Origin: a virus
Taxonomy: Duplodnaviria > Heunggongvirae > Uroviricota > Caudoviricetes > Herelleviridae
Virus record (IMG/VR): IMGVR_UViG_2595698877_000001
Span: 68,381-132,380 of that record
Reading direction: 5' to 3' (one strand)
DNA length: 64,000 nt
The translations under genes and the position numbers were made by a program. The notes beneath the pieces were generated by a model that saw only the letters and a program-made list of their open reading frames with translations, was not told the origin of the DNA and did no database searches. Below, one piece after another: positions 9,596 to 20,051 of this stretch. Each line of letters begins with the position of its first letter. Position 1 is the first letter of the stretch.

Positions 9596-11299
9596 ATGAC
9601 AACAGTATCGGAATTAACGTCGAAAGGAGTATTTATTGACTATTCGCTAGTTAATATCAACACTAAACTATTAGACGTTTTAACAAATTTGATTACCAAA
9701 GCTAAAAACACTGTTGATAATGTGGTTACGTTTAAAAAAACACATTTAGCTAAAGAGCTAGGTAAGGACGTGAAAACTGTATCTAGCCATCTTAAAGAAT
9801 TACAAACTAGCGGAATTGTTGAAGTTGGTGGAGAACGCGGAAGAGGTAAAGGTTGCGTTGTGCGCTTTAACGAGCTTCTTGTCAAATTCGATACTTCTGG
9901 AAAAGCGCTTATTAACTCCGACGACGTTAATACTCTGGATACGGATATTAAAGATATCGTGAAAAAGGTATATCCTAAAAAGCCGAAGAAAGAGAAACCG
10001 AACAAGCGGAACCGTAGAACAAAACAACAAATGCTAGAGGACAAACTATTACGTAGCGAGAAACAGCAACGTGTAGATGAGCTTAATGCAGAACTAGCAG
10101 AGACGATATTCCCTTCATGGGACTGGTTCCAAAAGACAGATGCTCCAGTACATAACTACAAAGCATACTTAATCTCTCGTATGTATAATCGCTATGCCTA
10201 CTTATTCGCTAAAAGTACGAACTACTTTTACGATAAATCGGAGGAGAAAGTAGGGTACAGAGTACCGGAAGTACGACCAGACTTCGATGTACTTGAGAAA
10301 GAATTTATGGGGACAATTAACTGGGAACACTTTGTCAAGTTCGTGGACTTCTGTACAGAGAATGCAATTAACCCGGCTGTGTATTTAACAGCACAATTCA
10401 ATCGCTCCACTTATTCTGCAACAATTAAATCCAATGTAAAGAGCGCTAAACCATTTCCTAATGCGTTAATGAGCGAAGGAAGTTATGAAGTGTACAAGCG
10501 TGAAGAAAGTTTCCAAAAATCTAAACACATCATGAAACTTCAAGGTTCGGAACTCAAGAAAGACTTTGCAGATGACCCGATTATTATGGCTCTTGATGAC
10601 GCTTACAAAACAGCAGATAAAGGTAATGGTATTCTTAGTCATACGCAAGCCTACCGAGAATTATTCCGCACAGCAGAAAGTGATGACACAACATTCGCTT
10701 TAGTGGACTTCTACGATTACACGATGGAGAACATGAAGAAACAGGGTGTATCAAAGAAATCACAAACAGTTATTAAGAAGTTTATTACAACACAAGCCGT
10801 TATGTATTTATACGGTAAATCAGGATTACCAGAGAACGTTATTCTTGGCTCCGAGATGGTACGTATCGCATTAGCGAGTATCCCGCAGCCAACTATGAGC
10901 AACTACGAAGTACATATGAAATCAGCAACATTCTTAGGAGAGTTATTATTACCTAACGCAACAAAGCAAGAGCAATACAATTATGGTGGACGTACATTCT
11001 TACGTTTAACTGATACGATTGACCACCGATTTACTTTACGATTAATTGAGCAACGTAAAGGATTACACATGTCATTAAAAGAGTTACAGGATGCGTTCAA
11101 AGAATACGGACGACACAACATCCCGCTAAATGACTACTCATTCCTAGATGTAGAACAACTAGTAAAAGTATTCCAATCAGCAAATGAAGTAGCGGACTAC
11201 GATTTAGAAAAGTTTACTGTAAAGAGTGAGTACAACATGATTCAAGGTGCTTATCATAAGACTACAGAACTAGATGATATCATTGCATCAGAGCTGTAA
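9596..11299 (+). CDS. putative replisome organiser / helicase-loader-like protein with N-terminal wHTH
   Basis: ATG at 9596 has an AAGGAG RBS 9 nt upstream. The GTG at 9560 used by the ORF track lies upstream of the predicted transcription start. wHTH motif LAKELGKDVKTVSSHLKELQTSGIV. Position immediately 5' of the DnaB-like helicase. Confidence 0.45.
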   Translation: MTTVSELTSKGVFIDYSLVNINTKLLDVLTNLITKAKNTVDNVVTFKKTHLAKELGKDVKTVSSHLKELQTSGIVEVGGERGRGKGCVVRFNELLVKFDTSGKALINSDDVNTLDTDIKDIVKKVYPKKPKKEKPNKRNRRTKQQMLEDKLLRSEKQQRVDELNAELAETIFPSWDWFQKTDAPVHNYKAYLISRMYNRYAYLFAKSTNYFYDKSEEKVGYRVPEVRPDFDVLEKEFMGTINWEHFVKFVDFCTENAINPAVYLTAQFNRSTYSATIKSNVKSAKPFPNALMSEGSYEVYKREESFQKSKHIMKLQGSELKKDFADDPIIMALDDAYKTADKGNGILSHTQAYRELFRTAESDDTTFALVDFYDYTMENMKKQGVSKKSQTVIKKFITTQAVMYLYGKSGLPENVILGSEMVRIALASIPQPTMSNYEVHMKSATFLGELLLPNATKQEQYNYGGRTFLRLTDTIDHRFTLRLIEQRKGLHMSLKELQDAFKEYGRHNIPLNDYSFLDVEQLVKVFQSANEVADYDLEKFTVKSEYNMIQGAYHKTTELDDIIASEL

Positions 11300-11304
11300 T
11301 CTTC

Positions 11305-11333
11305 TTGACTTTTAGCACAATATTTGATAGAAT
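11305..11333 (+). promoter_or_regulatory. sigma-A-type promoter TTGACT-17-TAGAAT
   Basis: TTGACT at 11305-11310 and TAGAAT at 11328-11333. Confidence 0.6.
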
Positions 11334-11371
11334 AGTAATATTCTAAAAACAAGAGGGGGAATTTATGTAAT

Positions 11372-12838
11372 ATGGAAAAACCGATTATGAAGGAAATACT
11401 TAGAAAAGCAATTGAATCTCCAGTATTCTCGAAGGAGGTTCTACCAGTAGTACCGATGTCAATCTTTGAAAATGTAGAAATCTATAAAGAAATTACACAG
11501 ATTGTACGACGATACTACCAATCAAATTCTAGTGTTATTACAGAGAGCGCATTAGTAACTTTACTAGAAGCAAAACTTGATAGACTTAAGAAAAGTGCAG
11601 ATGAACAACAGCAGTACTTCAACAAAGTGAGTGAGCTATATCAGATTCGAGACAGCCACGATGACGCTTTGATTGATGAGGAAATCGAAAAATACATAAA
11701 GAAACAAATGCGATTAGAATTACTTAAGAAAGCTGCATTAAAAATTAATGACGAGGCGTTCCAAGATACATTGGAAGATGAGTTCCGTAAAATCATGTTA
11801 CTAGATATTTCTGGTCGTAATGATGAGATTATTAACGTAATTGATGATGCAGAATATAAACGAATGGCGCTATCATCTTTAGATGGTAATACCGTACCAA
11901 CTGGTTTTAAATCTATTGACCTATTGAATAGTGGTGGACTAGCTAAAGGTGAGTTAGGTCTTATTGCCGCTATGTCTGGTACAGGTAAAACGTTAATGAT
12001 GACAAACTTAGCAACGAACTATGTTAAGCAGGGTTACAACGTATTATTCATTGCCCTAGAGGAATTAAAGAACCGAATGGTCTTAAAACTAGAGCAGTCA
12101 ATGTTACGACAAACCAGAGGGGACATCTTAGATGGCTCTACACTTAACATGGAAAAATTCGAGAAGAGACAAGCACTATACAAGAAAAACCGACACCTAT
12201 TCGGTAACTTATTCTTGGCTCGTTATTCTCCTCGTAAAGTTACACCAGCTAAGATTGAACAATTAATCTCCGATTTACTAATTCGTCAAGGGATTAAGAT
12301 TGACGTAGTTATTGTCGATTACCCAGAACTATTACGTAACCCTCATGCAACAGGTAATGAGGCGGATGATGGCGGTAAGCTATTTGAAGAGATGCGTCGT
12401 ATTGGACAAGACTTCGATGTAGTAATGTGGACAGCTTCCCAGTTAAACCGTACAGCTTACAATGCGTTAATCAGAACATCAGAACATATGGAAGGTTCTC
12501 TCCGTAAAAAGAATGCTGCTGAACTTGTTCTAGTAGTCAACCAGACACCGGAAGAGTATAATGCTGGATTCCTACGGCTATACGCGGATAAGGTACGTAA
12601 CCCACCAGAAGGTGCATATGATAAGATGCTAGGATTCAAGGTTATCGGTAATCAGCAAGTAGTGAGAGAGTACATACAAAATTCAAGTGAAGAGAAAGAA
12701 CATAGAGCTATCTTGGAAGCAGTTGACCAAGCAAGGGACAACCTGTTTAAAGCTAAGAAAGCTGGAGGTAATAGTGGTAAGGTGCCTATGCCGGACTTTA
12801 GCCAAGAAATAAACCAAGCAATCAGAGGAGGACAGTAA
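11372..12838 (+). CDS. DnaB-family replicative DNA helicase
   Basis: Walker A AAMSGTGKT, H2-like VVIVDYPELL, H3-like WTASQLNR, and an arginine finger region. Confidence 0.75.
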   Translation: MEKPIMKEILRKAIESPVFSKEVLPVVPMSIFENVEIYKEITQIVRRYYQSNSSVITESALVTLLEAKLDRLKKSADEQQQYFNKVSELYQIRDSHDDALIDEEIEKYIKKQMRLELLKKAALKINDEAFQDTLEDEFRKIMLLDISGRNDEIINVIDDAEYKRMALSSLDGNTVPTGFKSIDLLNSGGLAKGELGLIAAMSGTGKTLMMTNLATNYVKQGYNVLFIALEELKNRMVLKLEQSMLRQTRGDILDGSTLNMEKFEKRQALYKKNRHLFGNLFLARYSPRKVTPAKIEQLISDLLIRQGIKIDVVIVDYPELLRNPHATGNEADDGGKLFEEMRRIGQDFDVVMWTASQLNRTAYNALIRTSEHMEGSLRKKNAAELVLVVNQTPEEYNAGFLRLYADKVRNPPEGAYDKMLGFKVIGNQQVVREYIQNSSEEKEHRAILEAVDQARDNLFKAKKAGGNSGKVPMPDFSQEINQAIRGGQ

Positions 12839-13060
12839 ATGGGTGTTACCCTTAAGTGTAGAGAAAAGGTTGTACTAGAGTTTTGTAGTGATAGAAGAAC
12901 TTGTATAGGTAAGCTCACGTTGAGCGGGTGGCGTTCTACAAGAATCATGTTAGACGAGTTTTATAAAAATCTAGAGTACTATGAACATGTAGAATGTGAT
13001 GATGGTACCGTTGTTAACGAAGAAGATATTAAGCTTATCAAGATTATAGAGGAACTATAG
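12839..13060 (+). CDS. hypothetical protein (73 aa)
   Basis: TAAATG overlap with the helicase stop. No motif recognised. Confidence 0.4.
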   Translation: MGVTLKCREKVVLEFCSDRRTCIGKLTLSGWRSTRIMLDEFYKNLEYYEHVECDDGTVVNEEDIKLIKIIEEL

Positions 13061-13071
13061 GGGGGAACTAA

Positions 13072-13638
13072 ATGAATTATGTAAGACTACCAGAGATTCA
13101 TGTAACGTCCGATACACACTTCGGACACAGAAACATTATTCCATACGAGGATAGACCATTTAAAGATGTAGACGAAATGGATGAAGCGCTCATTGAAAAT
13201 TGGAATAGAGAAGTTAAGAAGGACGACCTAGTTATTCATGTAGGAGACTTATTCTTATGTGGAGCCAAGAAAGCAGAAGAAATCGCTAAACGACTTAATG
13301 GTCGCAAGATTCTTGTTAAAGGTAACCACGATTCTTTCAGTAAAGCGAAGTACGCTAAGATGGGGTTTGACTTACGAAACTATTTATACTTAGATGATTA
13401 TTTATTCTCTCATTACCCTCTTAACGCGAAAATGTTAGAAGTAGCACAAAGAGAAACAGACATCCAAGCTAACATTCATGGTCACGTACATAGTATGACA
13501 CAAGGGTTAGACCGAGGAGTTCATTTCTGTGTTTGCACAGAACATACGCATTATACGCCTGTTCCGTTCTGGGAGATTAAAGATTACTATAATGCGGGTA
13601 TCTACCTAGAGCGAGGTGAAACTAAGTTTGCGTACTAA
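13072..13638 (+). CDS. calcineurin-like metallophosphoesterase (188 aa)
   Basis: Motifs DTHFGH, GDLF, GNHD and GHVH. GGGGAA RBS. Confidence 0.65.
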   Translation: MNYVRLPEIHVTSDTHFGHRNIIPYEDRPFKDVDEMDEALIENWNREVKKDDLVIHVGDLFLCGAKKAEEIAKRLNGRKILVKGNHDSFSKAKYAKMGFDLRNYLYLDDYLFSHYPLNAKMLEVAQRETDIQANIHGHVHSMTQGLDRGVHFCVCTEHTHYTPVPFWEIKDYYNAGIYLERGETKFAY

Positions 13639-14710
13639 GTTCATAGTATTTTCCGATTTCCATTGGCATAACTTCGAGAACTTTGCGAAGCCTGTAACAT
13701 ATACATACAAAGGTAAGGAGATTCAAATTACCGATAGATTATTAGCACAACTAAATACAATTAATAGAGTATTTGAAATAGCTCACGAAAACGATGCAGA
13801 TGTTCTGTTTGATGGGGACTACTTCCATGCAAGAAATCGCATTACGACTCTAGTATATAATCTAGGGTTTAATGCCATCTATGATAACATGATGAAGTAT
13901 CCGGATGTCAAACTATACATGATTGTAGGTAATCATGACCAAGCGGACTCTAGTGATTTTCCGGAGCATAGCTTAGAGAATTTCAAAGCGATTCCTCGTG
14001 TAGTAGTTATGGATGATTTTAAACCTGCATACACAGGCTCCTGCATGCTATACCCTATTTCGTACTCTGATAATGTAGAGTTCATTAAAGGCAAGATTGA
14101 CGAATTTGCTAGACATGCAAAAGATGAAGATGAACCTACAATTTTAATGGCGCATATAGGAGTGGACGGAAGTGAAACAGGGCAGCATTCGCATCGGCTT
14201 GGTGGAGCGTTTAATATTAGTGAACTGTACCCTAATGTATTCACTTATGTTACACTAGGTCACTACCATAAGAGACAGTTCTTAGGTGGGACTGACAACG
14301 TGTTTTATGTCGGTAATACAATACCAGAAAGCTTCTCTGATGAAGGACAAGACAAAGGTGTATTTCTAATCGATTTAGCTAAAGGAGGTAAGCCGGAGTT
14401 CATCCCAATCGAGAACAAGAAGTTTATCACGCTAAAAGGTGTAGATGAGAATACGCAAGAGATTGTAGATAATAACTACATCCGGTTCATCATCCCACAG
14501 GAACTAGCGACAGAGATTGAAGTATTCAAAGAATCGTCCGACACCATTCGTGTAGAAGTACAAAAAGAATACAAAGCAGATTTACGTATCGACATTGAAG
14601 TGGGTTCTAGTGAAGCGGATATTGTCAAAGAGTATACGAACAAGTTCTACACAAACGTACAAGATAAGGCTTTAGCAGTCTTACGAGAAGCACAAACATT
14701 AAATGTATAA
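13628..14710 (+). CDS. sbcD: SbcD/Mre11-family nuclease
   Basis: Motifs SDFHW (DxH), GDYFH, GNHDQ, MAHIG and LGHYH. The TTG at 13628 has a GAGGTG RBS. Start is uncertain; the ORF track uses GTG 13616. Confidence 0.7.
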   Translation: MRTKFIVFSDFHWHNFENFAKPVTYTYKGKEIQITDRLLAQLNTINRVFEIAHENDADVLFDGDYFHARNRITTLVYNLGFNAIYDNMMKYPDVKLYMIVGNHDQADSSDFPEHSLENFKAIPRVVVMDDFKPAYTGSCMLYPISYSDNVEFIKGKIDEFARHAKDEDEPTILMAHIGVDGSETGQHSHRLGGAFNISELYPNVFTYVTLGHYHKRQFLGGTDNVFYVGNTIPESFSDEGQDKGVFLIDLAKGGKPEFIPIENKKFITLKGVDENTQEIVDNNYIRFIIPQELATEIEVFKESSDTIRVEVQKEYKADLRIDIEVGSSEADIVKEYTNKFYTNVQDKALAVLREAQTLNV

Positions 14711-14754
14711 GTGTTATCTTATATAAGAATACATAAATTTATAGGAGTGGTTAC

Positions 14755-15216
14755 ATGGCTAGTATAGAATCAAATTACAAAGCAAAAGGTAAGTTGTTTA
14801 AGATAAACCAATTACACCCGGATTATCCTAATGAAGAGAAGACAGCTAGATGCATTGATGTTTTTTATGATGAAGTTACTGAAATGGATGTTTTGATATT
14901 CGATGATTACGACGCAGAAGGTAAGTATATAAAAATGAATATTATATATGATAAGTTACCTAGAAATTATTCAGTTATTGATGAAGAGAAGTTCTCACCG
15001 ATTGCAGTAGGGAATAAGTATAAGTATAAGAAACCTGCGGAATCAAATATTGACGAGAACTTCGTTCTTACTGTTGTATTTGTGTCACCAATACCTACTA
15101 GGGACGGAAGTATACCTGTTTTATCAAGAGCAGATAACTCGAAAACTGGAGAAAGAATATACTGGTCATATACAGATGTTAGAATGAGAGAATTATTGAA
15201 AGATGTTAACTATTAA
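14755..15216 (+). CDS. hypothetical protein (153 aa)
   Basis: ATG preceded by TAGGAGTGG. Confidence 0.5.
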   Translation: MASIESNYKAKGKLFKINQLHPDYPNEEKTARCIDVFYDEVTEMDVLIFDDYDAEGKYIKMNIIYDKLPRNYSVIDEEKFSPIAVGNKYKYKKPAESNIDENFVLTVVFVSPIPTRDGSIPVLSRADNSKTGERIYWSYTDVRMRELLKDVNY

Positions 15217-15223
15217 ACTTTAA

Positions 15224-15252
15224 GGGACTATTTTATATAGTCTCTTTTTTTA
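15224..15252 (+). terminator. rho-independent terminator
   Basis: 8-bp stem GGGACTAT/ATAGTCTC with a 5-nt loop, followed by a T7 run. Confidence 0.6.
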
Positions 15253-15281
15253 TTGACAAACTTATGGTATCATGGTAAGAT
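15253..15281 (+). promoter_or_regulatory. sigma-A-type promoter TTGACA-17-TAAGAT
   Basis: TTGACA at 15253-15258 and TAAGAT at 15276-15281, immediately after the terminator. Confidence 0.5.
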
Positions 15282-15313
15282 TTACTTATTACTAGAAGAG
15301 GAGGAATATAAAT

Positions 15314-17203
15314 TTGAAGTGGGACAAGTTAATAGTTCAGAACTTTCTGGCGATTAACGATGCGGAAATTGATTTAGATAATCAAGGTCTTATCTTAATC
15401 GAAGGAGAGAACACTAGTGATGAGAAGTTCGCTAGTAACGGAGCTGGTAAGTCATCCTTAATTCCGGAATCAATTACATGGTGCTTGTATAACAAGACAT
15501 CTAAAGGACTTAAAGGTGATGCAGTAGTTAATAATAAAACGAAAAAGAATACGATGGTTGCCCTAATAGGTGAACTAGATGGAGATACATACAGAATTGA
15601 ACGATATCGTAAGCATGCTTTACACGATAATAAAGTTCGATTGTTCAGAAATGATATAGATATTACCGCTAAATCGAATGATGATACGAATGCGGAAATT
15701 GAAAAGCTGTTAAAAATATCACACTTAACATTCATCAACAGTATCTTATTTGCTCAAGGTGAAGGGTTAGGTGCTTTTGCATCTTTAACGGATGCTAGAA
15801 AGAAAGAGATTCTAGATAGTTTACTAAATTTAGACATCTACTCTACAGCACAGGAGATAGCGAAGAAGAAAGTAAAAGAAGCTATCGAAAGAATTGAAGC
15901 GAAGAAACGCGAGATTGAACGTTTAGAATGGGACTTAGAACAAGTAGACAAGCTAGAAGAACAAGACATCAAGAACTACGAAACTACGAAGGACATGTTA
16001 AAAGACGAACAGAAACAACTAGCAGATGTTATTAAGTTACAAAATGATTATCCAGCTAAGTACTTCGGTTTTGTAGAACAGAAGAGAGATAACATTGTAG
16101 CTCTAAATAAGAAGCTAGATGAGCTTTCTAATATCGACATGTCTGTAGAAGAAGCGGAGTTTAATAAAGCGCACCGAGCGCTAAATGAAATTGAAAACCA
16201 ACAACGAGATTTAGAACGACAGAAAACAGAGCTAGTTAAGAGATATAAGAGCTTAAGCTTTAGTGATAACTGTCCAGTCTGCGGAACTCCAATGGATAAC
16301 AGTCATAAGATTGCAGAACAAGACAACATAAAAAATGAGTTACGTCCTGTTATGTTAGGTATCCAACAAATAGAACAAACGAAACAACCATACATAGATG
16401 CTGTTAATGAAGCGAGAGCGCGTTACGATGAGAAGATAGTAGAACAGAAAACAGTTGTTCAAAGACAGCGTGAAATTACAACAGAGATTAATAGAGATGA
16501 AGATTATATTCGTACATATGAAATTAACCTTAGACAACTCAAGAGTAATGTAGAAGTCGTTAAAGAGACAATTAAGAAGCTCCAGAACGTCCCTGAGCCT
16601 GTTTCAAGAGATAAGGAAAGGGAAACTATTAATAAGGCGATTAACGTCGCTAAGAAGGAGCTAGTAGCCTTAGAATTAGCGAAGAAAGAAGATGAAGATG
16701 TAGTTAAGGTTTACTCGAACGAAGGAGTTAAATCTCACGTACTCGACTTCATTACACCGGAGCTTAACCAAAGAGGTAATAAATATTTAAAACAATTGGC
16801 TGGAGAGAACATGGAGCTAGTGTTTAGTACGAGAACGAAAAAGAAAGATGGTACATACTCTGATAAATTCGATGTGCAGCTTATCAACACTGTAGGCGGA
16901 GATGACTACAAAGCACAATCGGGAGGAGAAAAGAAACGAGCAGACTTATCTATTTCTCTAGCATTACAAGATTTAATTTTAGAAAACACGAATTTCATTG
17001 TATACGATGAGGTATTCGATGCGTTAGATGAGGTCGGTATCGAATCAGTAATCGAACTTCTAAAAGAACGAGTAAAATCTATCGGCACGATTTTCGTCAT
17101 TACGCAAAGTAGCCATTTCAAAGCGCTATTCGAGAAAGTCATTACAATTACAAAGGATAAACAAGGAATTTCAACAATTAAAAGGGGGAAACAAATTGCA
17201 TGA
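15314..17203 (+). CDS. sbcC: SbcC/Rad50-family SMC-like ATPase
   Basis: Walker A SNGAGKSSL. Long coiled coil containing a CPVC zinc hook (DNCPVCGTP). ABC signature SGGEKKRADLS. Walker B IVYDEVFDALD. Confidence 0.8.
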   Translation: MKWDKLIVQNFLAINDAEIDLDNQGLILIEGENTSDEKFASNGAGKSSLIPESITWCLYNKTSKGLKGDAVVNNKTKKNTMVALIGELDGDTYRIERYRKHALHDNKVRLFRNDIDITAKSNDDTNAEIEKLLKISHLTFINSILFAQGEGLGAFASLTDARKKEILDSLLNLDIYSTAQEIAKKKVKEAIERIEAKKREIERLEWDLEQVDKLEEQDIKNYETTKDMLKDEQKQLADVIKLQNDYPAKYFGFVEQKRDNIVALNKKLDELSNIDMSVEEAEFNKAHRALNEIENQQRDLERQKTELVKRYKSLSFSDNCPVCGTPMDNSHKIAEQDNIKNELRPVMLGIQQIEQTKQPYIDAVNEARARYDEKIVEQKTVVQRQREITTEINRDEDYIRTYEINLRQLKSNVEVVKETIKKLQNVPEPVSRDKERETINKAINVAKKELVALELAKKEDEDVVKVYSNEGVKSHVLDFITPELNQRGNKYLKQLAGENMELVFSTRTKKKDGTYSDKFDVQLINTVGGDDYKAQSGGEKKRADLSISLALQDLILENTNFIVYDEVFDALDEVGIESVIELLKERVKSIGTIFVITQSSHFKALFEKVITITKDKQGISTIKRGKQIA

Positions 17204-17799
17204 AAGTAGTGAAATTTAGTGAGGAAGAGGTTCTAGTCATCTTAGAGACTACTTCACAGGACAAAGAAGAAACAAAGGAAATCTTATTACCATACCGGGA
17301 GCTATTAAAGTGGTACCCGCTTAATATTAATTATACATACAAGTACTCAACGTCTAAGGATATTATGTATCTAGTAAAAGACGGTACATACAAACGAGAC
17401 TTATACGATGTAAAATCAACGAAGCAAGCGAAAGCGCTTCCATTGAAGAAAGGTGTTCCGTATAACAAGACAGTACATAACCGTAACACGAAGATTGTAA
17501 AGTGGGCGGAAGAGAATAACTTAATCGAGGTAAGCGAAGATAAAGTACTATTAACAGACCCGAAGGTTGGTATCTGTCGTGTACTGGAAACGATTGAGTC
17601 CATTAAGCAGCACTTAGTTAAAAAATACATATTTGAAGAGGGAAAGAATACTGACTTCGATATTGATGTGAACTTAGGGTTTCCAAAGTTTACGGATGAA
17701 CTAATTTATAAATATGCAACAGAAACGGAATTATACCAACTTGAACTATTAGGAGAGGTTTACACTCTACTTAACCTATACAGACGATTAGAAGAGTGA
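17200..17799 (+). CDS. hypothetical protein (199 aa)
   Basis: ATGA overlap with the sbcC stop. GGGGGA RBS. Confidence 0.5.
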   Translation: MKVVKFSEEEVLVILETTSQDKEETKEILLPYRELLKWYPLNINYTYKYSTSKDIMYLVKDGTYKRDLYDVKSTKQAKALPLKKGVPYNKTVHNRNTKIVKWAEENNLIEVSEDKVLLTDPKVGICRVLETIESIKQHLVKKYIFEEGKNTDFDIDVNLGFPKFTDELIYKYATETELYQLELLGEVYTLLNLYRRLEE

Positions 17800-17808
17800 G
17801 GGATTTAA

Positions 17809-18879
17809 ATGTTTCTAGATTTACTTTATCAGGAGCTAGGGGACAATAAACCAGCATCCGGCGGAGAGACAAGATTTAATTGTCAGTTTTGCGGTAATAC
17901 AAAGTATAAGTTTTATGTACATGATGAAACAGGTTTATGGCAATGTAAAGTGTGCGGAGAGAAAGGTAACCCAGTATCATTCGTAATGAAGCATTTCCAA
18001 GTTACATTCCCGGAAGCGAAAGACATACTCGAAACATATGACTACGAGGTTGGGGAATATAATCGTCAATCCTTATCACATCAAAAGTATGGAGCGCATT
18101 TAACGGAAGAAGAGCAGCTATACATGTACATCATGAATCAAGGGGACGTTCCGGAGGATGAGGTAAAGGTGAAATATACTTGCCCTTATCCACCTTCTAA
18201 CTGTAAGTCACTCATAGAGAACTTTAATAATCCGGAAGCGTTCCCTTTCTTCGCTTACTTAAACAGTCGCGGTATTACGTTAGAACAGATTAAACAGCAC
18301 AATATCTCCTACGTTGTAGATGGAATAGCTAGATTGTCAGATGATAAAGAACTACGATTAATCAATCATCTAGTGTTCTTTGCGTTTGACCCGCATAGAA
18401 AGGCGATATACTGGAATACGAGGTCGATAGACCCTAAACCATTCATAAAGAGTTTGAACGCTCCAGCGAAGCCGACAGAGTACTCAAAATCGACAGTAGT
18501 GATGAATCTTAACAACGCATGGAAAGAAGATAAGATTGTCATCGTGGAAGGATTCTTTAATATGACCACAATAAACGACTGCGCGGTTGTAACGTACGGT
18601 AAACAAGTATCAAATCAGCAGATTAAGACAATACTGGAAGCAACACAGAAAAAGAAACAACCTATCTACATTTACTTAGATAGAGATGGTTGGATGGAAT
18701 CTATAAAGGTAGCGCATAAGATTCATAGTTTCGAACCGGATAGAGCTGTCTACTATGTGTATAGTGAAGACGATAGAGATGCAAATGATATCGGTCATGA
18801 AGAGGCATGGAATCGAATTAACAATGCTATACTTGCTGACACAGAAGGGGAAACTATTTTTAGAATGTTACATTTATAG
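17809..18879 (+). CDS. DnaG-type DNA primase (zinc-ribbon + TOPRIM)
   Basis: Zinc ribbon CQFCGN...CKVCGEKG. TOPRIM-like IVIVEGFFNMT (E) and YIYLDRDG (DxD). Confidence 0.55.
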   Translation: MFLDLLYQELGDNKPASGGETRFNCQFCGNTKYKFYVHDETGLWQCKVCGEKGNPVSFVMKHFQVTFPEAKDILETYDYEVGEYNRQSLSHQKYGAHLTEEEQLYMYIMNQGDVPEDEVKVKYTCPYPPSNCKSLIENFNNPEAFPFFAYLNSRGITLEQIKQHNISYVVDGIARLSDDKELRLINHLVFFAFDPHRKAIYWNTRSIDPKPFIKSLNAPAKPTEYSKSTVVMNLNNAWKEDKIVIVEGFFNMTTINDCAVVTYGKQVSNQQIKTILEATQKKKQPIYIYLDRDGWMESIKVAHKIHSFEPDRAVYYVYSEDDRDANDIGHEEAWNRINNAILADTEGETIFRMLHL

Positions 18880-18881
18880 TG

Positions 18882-18910
18882 TTGACATGTAGTAAAGTTA
18901 ATGGTATATT
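18882..18910 (+). promoter_or_regulatory. sigma-A-type promoter TTGACA-17-TGgTATATT
   Basis: TTGACA at 18882-18887 and an extended -10 with TATATT at 18905-18910. Confidence 0.6.
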
Positions 18911-18948
18911 AATAGATGTAGAAAAGAGAAAGAGGAGGAAAATACATA

Positions 18949-19782
18949 ATGACAGATTCATTGCAAGCGTCAGAAGAAAAGGTAGAGATTCATCCTTATC
19001 CAGAACAACTTAAAGTAGATATTGTTATTGGTGATGGGTATTTACCAGAGAATGCACACGGTAACGACTTCTGTGACGATATTAGAGCAGCAGAAGGGCG
19101 ATTGGTTCCACCGAGTACATTTGCATCTGTGCTAGTTCCTACAGGGCTTAAAACAGCATTCAGTGACCAATACGGGATGAAAGCTAATACACGAAGTGGT
19201 TCTGCATATCATACGCCTATCATTCTATCGAATTGTACAGGCATTATCGAAGGTACATATCGAGGGTACTTAGGTATCCTATTACGTAATACATTTGTAG
19301 ATTCTTCTGTAGTAGACTTTGTTTTCGATGCAAAAGGTAAGCGCATTCCTTTATCGGCAGTACCGAAAGAGGTATTAGAAAACGCTCGTGAGTTCTATGA
19401 AAAAGATTCCTTCACATTAGGTTATGATAAACCTAAAACGATGGAAGATTTCAATAAAGAGGCACTAGCTTGGAAGAAACGTAAAGATGCTGGTGAGTTC
19501 GCTATTAGTAGACTGACAGCTATCCGTAAAAAGATTGATGCAGGGCAACAACTATCAATTAGAGAAAACGATACATGGTTAGACCAGAAAGCACCACAAC
19601 CATCTGCACAACAACGCTTATTCGTAGACTTGGTACCTCGTGGAACTATCTACATCGAAAAAGGCGAACGTGTAGCGCAGATTCATTACCAAAACAGAAT
19701 CCAAGCTAAATATAATGTAGTGGACGAGCTACCAGAGACAGAACGCGGTGAAGGTGCATACGGAAGTACGGGTAGTAAGTAA
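18949..19782 (+). CDS. dUTPase-superfamily protein with long C-terminal extension
   Basis: Motif II-like NTRSGSAY and motif III-like GIIEGTYRGYLG. About 120 extra C-terminal residues. Confidence 0.4.
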   Translation: MTDSLQASEEKVEIHPYPEQLKVDIVIGDGYLPENAHGNDFCDDIRAAEGRLVPPSTFASVLVPTGLKTAFSDQYGMKANTRSGSAYHTPIILSNCTGIIEGTYRGYLGILLRNTFVDSSVVDFVFDAKGKRIPLSAVPKEVLENAREFYEKDSFTLGYDKPKTMEDFNKEALAWKKRKDAGEFAISRLTAIRKKIDAGQQLSIRENDTWLDQKAPQPSAQQRLFVDLVPRGTIYIEKGERVAQIHYQNRIQAKYNVVDELPETERGEGAYGSTGSK

Positions 19783-20039
19783 TGATTACACTTGGAATTA
19801 TAGTTTACGTTATAATTTCGATAAGGATGTACTACTCATACAAGAAAGATAACTATAGCGAATGGACAGGAGAATGGGATTACGGTCAATCTAAGAAATT
19901 AGGAATGATATACGGATTCTCATTCGTACCTGTATTAGCTGTATCACTGGCTATATTCATAGGAGTTCTATATATACTCTTAAATATCGTAATAGGTATC
20001 TTGTGGCTCGTACTGTGGATTATTGTTAACATGCCGTAA
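19782..20039 (+). CDS. small membrane protein (2 TM)
   Basis: TAATG overlap with the upstream stop. Two hydrophobic helices. Confidence 0.45.
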   Translation: MITLGIIVYVIISIRMYYSYKKDNYSEWTGEWDYGQSKKLGMIYGFSFVPVLAVSLAIFIGVLYILLNIVIGILWLVLWIIVNMP

Positions 20040-20051
20040 AGGGGAGATGTT

